From Geotalea uraniireducens Rf4 (GTDB lineage: Bacteria; Desulfobacterota; Desulfuromonadia; Geobacterales; Geobacteraceae): a DNA stretch of 32,000 nucleotides. The first letter of the stretch is position 1. Each line of letters begins with the position of its first letter. The stretch spans positions 1,770,001-1,802,000 of the forward strand of contig NC_009483.1 in the NCBI RefSeq assembly GCF_000016745.1, written 5' to 3'. The notes below the pieces were generated by a model. It did not search any database and had not been told where the DNA came from. It was given only the letters and a program-made list of their open reading frames with translations. Position numbers and translations under genes: made by a program. Shown here piece after piece: positions 26,401-32,000 of this stretch.

Positions 26401-26424
26401 ACACCTATACCAAAGTATAGGTGT
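26401..26424. promoter_or_regulatory. Perfect 10-4-10 palindrome in the divergent region between the operon and the kinase gene
   Basis: ACACCTATAC-caaa-GTATAGGTGT, flanked by an A-rich run upstream and TTTT downstream. It is either an operator for a dimeric HTH regulator or a bidirectional intrinsic terminator. Confidence 0.5.
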
Positions 26425-26445
26425 TTTGCTAATTAGGTGGAATTA

Positions 26446-27678
26446 ATGTTTGGTTGTTACAAGATGAACTTCTTTACTCTGAAATTTAAATCACCGGAAA
26501 TTGAGTCGATATTTCTCGATTATTACTATAACCAGTCAATACGGCACATCAGGGTCGCCCTTTTCTTCGGATTATTCCTCTATGTCGCCTTCGGTTTTCT
26601 TGATCCTTATGTAATACCAGAGGCAACATCAGAATCATGGTTTATCAGATATGTTATTTTTACCCCTTATATTACACTTGTAATCATATCTTCATTCTTT
26701 AAGTATTTCAAAAATCTCATGCAATCATTCTTGTTCACAGTTATTTTGCTCGGAGGCATGGGAATAATAGTCATTACAATTCATTCTAATCCAAAAACTA
26801 ATTATTTATACTATGCCGGTCTCATTATTGTAATAATGTTTTCATATACATTTCTAAAGCTGAGATTTATTTATGCATCCATTGCAACGTGGACTCTAGT
26901 CATTCTATACGAAATTATCTCTTTTGAAGTCGTAAAAATGCCTACAGCCTTCTTTATTAACAATACATTTTTCTTGATTTCTGCCAATTTGATCGGTATG
27001 TCCGCATGTTATCAAATGGAGGTTTCCTTTAGAAATAATTTCATTCAACAACTAACAATAAAAGAATTGGGAGAGAAAAGGCGGCAGGAAGAAAAAGAAA
27101 TGATAATGAAAGACCTGCATGATGGTATAGGTGGAATCATGACCAACATCAGCCTGTTAACAGAAATATCTCAAAGAAAGCCTGATTTAGTCGGAGATAG
27201 ATCCGATGTCTTAACTACAATAGCTGAGCTTTCCAGAGAAGCTATATCCGAACTACGAATGGTTATTAACAATCTTGACTCTAAAGACAGGGACTGGCAT
27301 GATTTCGCGGCTGATTTGAAAAATTTCGGGGGTATTATTCTATCATCGCATGGCATCTCCTTTTCCATCCATACGTCAGTAACAGGCCCATCGGAAGCTC
27401 CCAATACTGTGATTTATCTCAATTTACTTAGAATCTACAAGGAGGCGCTGACGAATGTTATCAAACACTCTTTTGCGCATAATGTCATCATTGACTTTGA
27501 CAAAAAAATTACGGACATAGTCTTGAAAATTCATGATGACGGAATGGGTATTCCTGCAGAAGGGCCAAAAGGAAGAGGCATTTTGAATATGCGGAAAAGA
27601 GCACAGGAAATCGGAGCTCAGATTGACATCAACGGAGCGAAGGGGACGACAATTATCGTAGCAGTACCACTCACTTAA
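26446..27678 (+). CDS. Membrane sensor histidine kinase, HisKA_3 (NarX/DesK-like) class
   Basis: About 6 N-terminal TM segments, a coiled linker, H-box MKDLHDGIGG, N-box EALTNVIKHS, G1 DDGMGI, G2 GRGILNMRKRA. The start is ambiguous (GTG 26437, ATG 26446 or ATG 26464). Confidence 0.8.
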   Translation: MFGCYKMNFFTLKFKSPEIESIFLDYYYNQSIRHIRVALFFGLFLYVAFGFLDPYVIPEATSESWFIRYVIFTPYITLVIISSFFKYFKNLMQSFLFTVILLGGMGIIVITIHSNPKTNYLYYAGLIIVIMFSYTFLKLRFIYASIATWTLVILYEIISFEVVKMPTAFFINNTFFLISANLIGMSACYQMEVSFRNNFIQQLTIKELGEKRRQEEKEMIMKDLHDGIGGIMTNISLLTEISQRKPDLVGDRSDVLTTIAELSREAISELRMVINNLDSKDRDWHDFAADLKNFGGIILSSHGISFSIHTSVTGPSEAPNTVIYLNLLRIYKEALTNVIKHSFAHNVIIDFDKKITDIVLKIHDDGMGIPAEGPKGRGILNMRKRAQEIGAQIDINGAKGTTIIVAVPLT

Positions 27679-27693
27679 TCATGGATGGTTCAT

Positions 27694-28393
27694 ATGAAAA
27701 TAGCAATAATAGAAGATGATCCACTTCTCAGCAAAAACCTCAAGCTTCTCTTAGAGAATGAACCAGGCTTCACCGTCCTCGCGACTTTTCCATCAGCCGA
27801 TGGAATACTTCCTAAGGTCAAAAGACTCATACCGGAGATCATGTTGGTTGACCTCGGCCTGCCAGGAATTTCCGGGATAGAGTTCATTACTCAGGCAAAA
27901 AAAGAAATGCCTCAAATAGATATAATTGCCCATACGATTTTTGATGATAAAGAAACAGTTTTCACGGCCATAAAAGCTGGGGCTACTGGATATATTTTGA
28001 AAGGATGCAGACCTCAAGAACTCATCGATGCATTCAATGAAGTGTACCATGGGGGATCTCCAATAACCCCGAAGATTGCACGTAAAGTAATACTTGAATT
28101 CCAAAATTTTGAAATGAATGAAAAGAAGAATCTGAGCATCGTGGAAGAAGACATTCTCAAAGATATTTGTCATGGAATGACTTCAACTGAAATTGCAGAC
28201 AAACTGTCAGTTCATTCATCAGAAGTTAAAAATCAAATTAAACAGATTTACAAGAAAGTACAAGCTCAAACAACAACCGACAAGGCAACTAAGTCTATAA
28301 ACGACTTGATAATATTAAGTTCAAGAGAAAAAGAAATTTTAAACTGGATAAAGCATGGCAAAAGTACTTGGGATATTTCTCAAATATTACAAA
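27694..28393 (+). pseudogene. NarL/LuxR-type response regulator, N-terminal part, interrupted by IS4
   Basis: REC domain (IAIIEDD.., ..MLVDLGLPGISG.., ..KAGATGYILK), then a first LuxR/GerE-type HTH (LSIVEEDILKDICHGMTSTEIADKLSVHSSEVKNQIKQIYKKV) and the start of a second (LSSREKEILNWIKHGKSTWDISQILQ|). The last 5 codons of the track ORF come from the IS end. Confidence 0.85.
28387..28393. repeat. Target-site duplication TTACAAA (left) of the IS4-family element
   Basis: Same 7-mer at 29950-29956, abutting the 13-bp terminal inverted repeats. Confidence 0.8.
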
Positions 28394-29949
28394 CTCAACT
28401 TTCGCACTAGCGAGATTGGCCGTAACTAGTTGACAGATATATGGTTTAGCTGCATACCGGGGCCAAAAGTAGCATTCGCTCCCTGAAAGCTCTTGGTAGT
28501 GTTTCTATAAAGCGTTGTATCAGTTGTTGCACCTGCTCTTTGCACAATCCAATAATGCTGTTGAGTGATTCTTCCAGAAATGTGAGCAACAGTGCCATTG
28601 CTTCTGTGAAGCCAATTCGTCTTATTTCATCGCATAGAGCGTGAAACAGGCTGCCAAGAGTTCGAGGATCAGCATTTTCCCGTTTCACCAGCTCAAGCAG
28701 AATGTAGCGGCAGCAGACCAGTGTGGCGTGGGCGACCAGAGCATCGAAGGAACGACTCTGGAACTCCTTTGCCAGATTCAGAAACGACTTGGCCATTTTG
28801 AAGAACACCTCGATGTCCCAGCGACGGCCGTAGAGCGTGATGATCTCCTCGGCGGTCAAGGTCGTATCGGTGGAAAGGAGCGCCAGCCATTTCTTCGAAC
28901 TGCGGTCGCGGACGAACACGATCTTTGCTGCCACCGGTTTACCGTGAATGTCTTGACCTATGGTCACCAGCACCTCTGCCAACACTTTGGCTCGACCGGG
29001 TCGCTTGCGGACCTCTTTGAATAGTTCTTTCAGGGTGAACGGCCACCCCTGCACCTCGTAGGTGACCTTACCCGTATCCTTGAGCATGCAGATGGTATGC
29101 ATCCCCAGGGCGCGGATCCGCCTGATGGTGGCGGGGAAAGCAAACCAGCTGTCAAAGAGCAGGTGCCGGGCAGTGGTTCCTGCCTTCATTGCCAAGGCAA
29201 CCATGTCCACCAGTACGTCGGTGGATTTCCTCATGCTCTCCCGGCGGCGCTGATATCCGTTGGTGCGCTTATCGATGCCCTCACGCATTGGGGCAAGGCG
29301 GTTCTTATCCTTGGCAGAGCTGAGCATCGACAGCATCATGGGTACAAAGCTGTTCCCATCGGACCACCCCAGGGTGAGCATCCTGAAGCCACGCACGTAA
29401 CGACCGGTGTTGTGGTCATGCACCCGTGCCAGCAGTTCGACCCGCTTGCTGCGGTCGCGACGATACAGAGTGTCGTCAGCGATCAGCACCTTGGTGGTCG
29501 TCTCATCGGTCAGCGGGAGAAGCCTTTGGACAATGACCCGCGTGCTGAGCAGCAACAGAAAACGGCGCCAGTTGGCATTGACCGAGTTCAACAGCCGATA
29601 CGCAGTGTCTTTACCGATACCATCCGGTGAATCTGGACTCTCCAGGAGACGGAACAGATTTTTTCCGGTAAAGGCAAGGGAAAGCAAAAGCTGGAACAAG
29701 GTGTCGAGGCTAACGCCCTTTTCCTTCCTGACATTGCTTTGCCGAAGTAACTGGCCGAGGTTCTGATTGTGAAAGAACGAATGAATCCGGTTTTCTACGG
29801 ATGCAAATCCTGCTACAATCTGCTGCATAGCGTCGTCTCTCTGTGCTAGTGGATTTGTTGGGGAACAAAGCCATTTTAACCCAGATTGCGACGCTATACT
29901 ATTAATAATTACAATATGTTACATATATTTACCAGCTGCGAAAGTTGAG
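28394..29949 (-). mobile_element. IS4-family insertion sequence (1556 bp)
   Basis: Perfect 13-bp terminal inverted repeats CTCAACTTTCGCA (28394-28406 vs rc of 29937-29949), one DDE transposase ORF, and 7-bp flanking direct repeats. Confidence 0.85.
28446..29828 (-). CDS. IS4-family DDE transposase
   Basis: 460 aa. DDE context (LIADDT, LLFDSWF) and the IS4 hallmark Y-(2)-R-(3)-E-(6)-K in YGRRWDIEVFFKMAK. Confidence 0.9.
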   Translation of the reverse strand: MQQIVAGFASVENRIHSFFHNQNLGQLLRQSNVRKEKGVSLDTLFQLLLSLAFTGKNLFRLLESPDSPDGIGKDTAYRLLNSVNANWRRFLLLLSTRVIVQRLLPLTDETTTKVLIADDTLYRRDRSKRVELLARVHDHNTGRYVRGFRMLTLGWSDGNSFVPMMLSMLSSAKDKNRLAPMREGIDKRTNGYQRRRESMRKSTDVLVDMVALAMKAGTTARHLLFDSWFAFPATIRRIRALGMHTICMLKDTGKVTYEVQGWPFTLKELFKEVRKRPGRAKVLAEVLVTIGQDIHGKPVAAKIVFVRDRSSKKWLALLSTDTTLTAEEIITLYGRRWDIEVFFKMAKSFLNLAKEFQSRSFDALVAHATLVCCRYILLELVKRENADPRTLGSLFHALCDEIRRIGFTEAMALLLTFLEESLNSIIGLCKEQVQQLIQRFIETLPRAFRERMLLLAPVCS

Positions 29950-29956
29950 TTACAAA
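29950..29956. repeat. Target-site duplication TTACAAA (right) of the IS4-family element
   Basis: Identical to 28387-28393. Confidence 0.8.
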
Positions 29957-30075
29957 TAAGCGAAACTACTGTCAAGTTCCATGTCAGTTCAATCATGAAA
30001 AAGCTTAATGCTGTAAGTCGAACCCATGCCGTTTCAATTGCGATTTCTTTAGGGATTATTGATCTCCTTGAATGA
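29957..30075 (+). pseudogene. C-terminal remainder of the response regulator (second LuxR-type HTH)
   Basis: Joining 28393 to 29957 gives ..[46 protein letters not shown]-stop in frame. This is the recognition helix and C-terminal helix of a GerE/LuxR HTH. Confidence 0.75.
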
Positions 30076-30084
30076 CTGGCCGTC

Positions 30085-30456
30085 GATAATCGCCATGAGC
30101 ATATTGTTGAAGTCGTGGGCGATCCTTCCTGCCAGGAGGCCGATGGCCTCCATTTTCTGTGCCTGGAGCAGGTGTTCTTCGAGCTTCTTGCGCGCCGTGA
30201 TATCTTCCGAGATACCCAACAGATACTGAGGGGTTCCTGTGTCGTCAAGAATGGGAATCTTCTTGGTATGGAGTATTTGCGTACCTTTGTTTCCGGTTTG
30301 GACGGTTTCTTCAGGGATGTCGAGAAGGGCGCCGTTATTGATGACCTCCCCGGTCTTTTGCAGTGAAAAAATCGGCTTCGTTGGGGGGAAGTCATAGGAG
30401 TTTTTCCCCGTGAGATCTTCTCGGCTATTCCCCAACAATTCTCGATAAAAGCTTTA
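30085..30456 (-). pseudogene. Remnant of a PAS-HisKA sensor kinase, truncated at both ends
   Basis: Reads (stop)[21 protein letters not shown] core..[43 protein letters not shown], then diverges at the island edge. There is no ATG or upstream PAS N-cap, and no HATPase domain. Confidence 0.6.
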
Positions 30457-30471
30457 CTTCAGGCCGGCTCT

Positions 30472-32000
30472 TTAGGTGTGGACCGGAAGGGATACGTAAA
30501 AGGCGCTCCCCTTGCCGATGCTGCTTTCTGCCCAGACCCTGCCGCCGTGGCCAATGGCGATTTCCTTTACAAGCGCAAGCCCGAGTCCGATTCCGCCGAA
30601 CATCCGCCGGTCGGTGTTGTCTACGCGGTAAAACAGCTCGAAAATATGTTCCAGCTCTTCAGCGGGAATCCCGACCCCCTGGTCCCTCACCAGGATCGTT
30701 ATGTTGCCCGCTTCCATAGACGCTCCCAGGCATACCTCACCACCGTTCGGCGAAAACTTGACGGCATTCGAAACGAGCATTTCGAGCATGCGGCGTAACA
30801 GCTTTTCGTCACCCAGGACGGGGGCGAGGTCGACTGGGCAGTCGACGATAATCCGGTGATTCCGCGAAGCGGCACCGAAGAGATCGGCGGTTTCTTCCAT
30901 GAGGGGACGGATATTGACCGGACGGAAGCCGGCGGTACTCCGGCTGGCTTTCTGCCTCTGGATGTCGAGATAATTGCCGATCAGCTCGTTTAACTTGTCC
31001 GCTTCCCGTTGAATGACCTTGAGATACTCCTTCAACTGCGGCATGGACAGTTCATTGGTCAGCATGAGTTCCGTATAGCCCATCAGGGCCGTCAGGGGGG
31101 TCCGCATTTCATGGCTAACCGCCGAGAGCATCCCTTCCTTGATCTGCTCAATCTCCTTCCGCTCGGTGATGTCGAAGGCGATCTGCAATCTGACCAGGCG
31201 GCTGTCGGTCCACGGAATGGCCCGGTCGATCCCCTGGTACCACCTGCCGTTTACTGCACTGCGGAATTCCCAGACGTAAGGCTGCTGCGGTATGCCGTCC
31301 CGCACGAGCATGTCGTTGGGGCACTTGCCGCAGTGTTCACCCGGATGCGACTGGAAGACCTCGTAGCACTTTTTCCTCTGCCAGTCGTCGCCAAACAGCA
31401 TGCCGCCGTACCGGTTCATGAAGAGGATTTCGCCGTTCTCCATGTCGGCCACGTAGACCAGGGCATTGAGAGCGTCGAAGATCGTGCTGAACTGGGTGAA
31501 CTGGCTCCGCAGCACCTCCTCCGCCTTCTTGCGCCTGGCCAGGGACTCTTCGAGTTCCCTCACCTTCTCTTCGAGCTTTGCCGCCACAACGCCGCTGTAT
31601 TTCCTGAGATATTCCTTCTCTTCTTCCAGAAGAGCCGGCGGCAGGGGCCTTTTCTTCCCTGTTTCAAGACCTCTCAGAATGGCGTTCAGTTCCTGCCAGA
31701 ACTCTTCGGGCTCCTTCGGTTTGACGATGAAGGCCTCCGCGCCGAGCGAAAAGGCGAGTTCTTTTTCCTTCGAGCCGGTATAGACGGCGGAATAGAACAC
31801 GAAGGGGATGGCCCTGAGTTCCTCGTCCGTCTTGATCATCCACAGGAACTGGAAACCGTCCAGCCGCGGCATCAGGGCATCGGAGATGATCAGGTCGGGC
31901 CTGTGCGCCCTGGCCAGGTCGAACCCTTCCCGGCCGTCGCTGGCCTCGATCACCGTATCGCAGCCGTGTTGCGCCAAGCTGTAGCGCAGAAGCCTCCGGT
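30472..32000 (-). CDS. Hybrid REC-PAS-HisKA-HATPase sensor histidine kinase (5' end outside the window)
   Basis: The frame is open to the window edge (..RRLLRYSLAQHGC..). REC motifs (LIISDALMPRLDG, ..FIVKP), a PAS region with a Cys-rich stretch (HPGEHCGKCP), H-box VSHEMRTPL, N-box SNAVKF, G-boxes DQGVGI and GGIGLGLA. Confidence 0.85.
   Translation of the reverse strand, partial: RRLLRYSLAQHGCDTVIEASDGREGFDLARAHRPDLIISDALMPRLDGFQFLWMIKTDEELRAIPFVFYSAVYTGSKEKELAFSLGAEAFIVKPKEPEEFWQELNAILRGLETGKKRPLPPALLEEEKEYLRKYSGVVAAKLEEKVRELEESLARRKKAEEVLRSQFTQFSTIFDALNALVYVADMENGEILFMNRYGGMLFGDDWQRKKCYEVFQSHPGEHCGKCPNDMLVRDGIPQQPYVWEFRSAVNGRWYQGIDRAIPWTDSRLVRLQIAFDITERKEIEQIKEGMLSAVSHEMRTPLTALMGYTELMLTNELSMPQLKEYLKVIQREADKLNELIGNYLDIQRQKASRSTAGFRPVNIRPLMEETADLFGAASRNHRIIVDCPVDLAPVLGDEKLLRRMLEMLVSNAVKFSPNGGEVCLGASMEAGNITILVRDQGVGIPAEELEHIFELFYRVDNTDRRMFGGIGLGLALVKEIAIGHGGRVWAESSIGKGSAFYVSLPVHT

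Noticed and set aside
29919-30395. 158-aa minus-strand ORF spanning the IS4 end, the regulator 3' end and the PAS remnant
   Set aside because: It crosses three unrelated sequence blocks, including an IS terminus. The alternative frame (30049-30438) carries the clear PAS/H-box motifs.
1-32000. Search for CRISPR arrays, tRNA/rRNA genes and integrase or recombinase genes at the island edges
   Set aside because: I saw no regularly spaced short repeats, no cloverleaf-like or rRNA-like segments, and no tyrosine or serine recombinase ORF. The only mobility genes are the three IS transposases.

Overview
This window reads like a GC-rich Geobacter/Desulfuromonadales-type chromosome; that guess rests only on composition and protein flavour. 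It falls into three parts.

(1) 1-6.3 kb holds ordinary core genes: pstS and a psiE-like gene with Pho-box-like repeats, plus DUF502, a YegD-like Hsp70, GNAT, a YbaK-like deacylase, a lipoprotein and a DUF6624-like gene.

(2) 6.3-13.3 kb is a module with a CYTH protein, DUF169, a transglutaminase-like protein, a flavodoxin/ferredoxin fusion, lspA and a csoR-copA copper-efflux unit. A ~52-bp duplication of the 3' end of the upstream gene brackets it. A 183-bp element bounded by inverted repeats sits between csoR and copA.

(3) 13.4-30.08 kb is a strongly AT-rich accessory island. Hand counts of single 60-nt lines gave about 37% GC at 26101-26160 and about 72% at 12601-12660 in copA. Its core is one tightly packed nine-gene minus-strand operon (26316 to 13654). 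The centre is a ~1414-codon fusion of two BcrAD/BadFG-type ATPase (activase) modules with a DUF2229/dehydratase-like part. Alongside it are a 4-TM protein, two Rossmann-fold reductases, a Cys/His-rich protein, a divergent IspH/LytB-like protein that keeps three cluster cysteines, and an exported alpha/beta-fold protein lacking the nucleophile serine. A divergent HisKA_3 kinase and a NarL/LuxR-type regulator with two tandem HTH modules lie next to it.

Three different IS elements each interrupt one component, and all three junctions reconstruct in frame. ISL3 interrupts the big fusion gene, IS3 the first operon gene, and IS4 the response regulator. The island ends inside a truncated PAS/HisKA sensor-kinase remnant, followed by a partial REC-PAS-histidine kinase gene.

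I regard the AT-rich operon as the candidate undescribed system. Its function is inferred, not demonstrated. No rRNA, tRNA or CRISPR array was seen.
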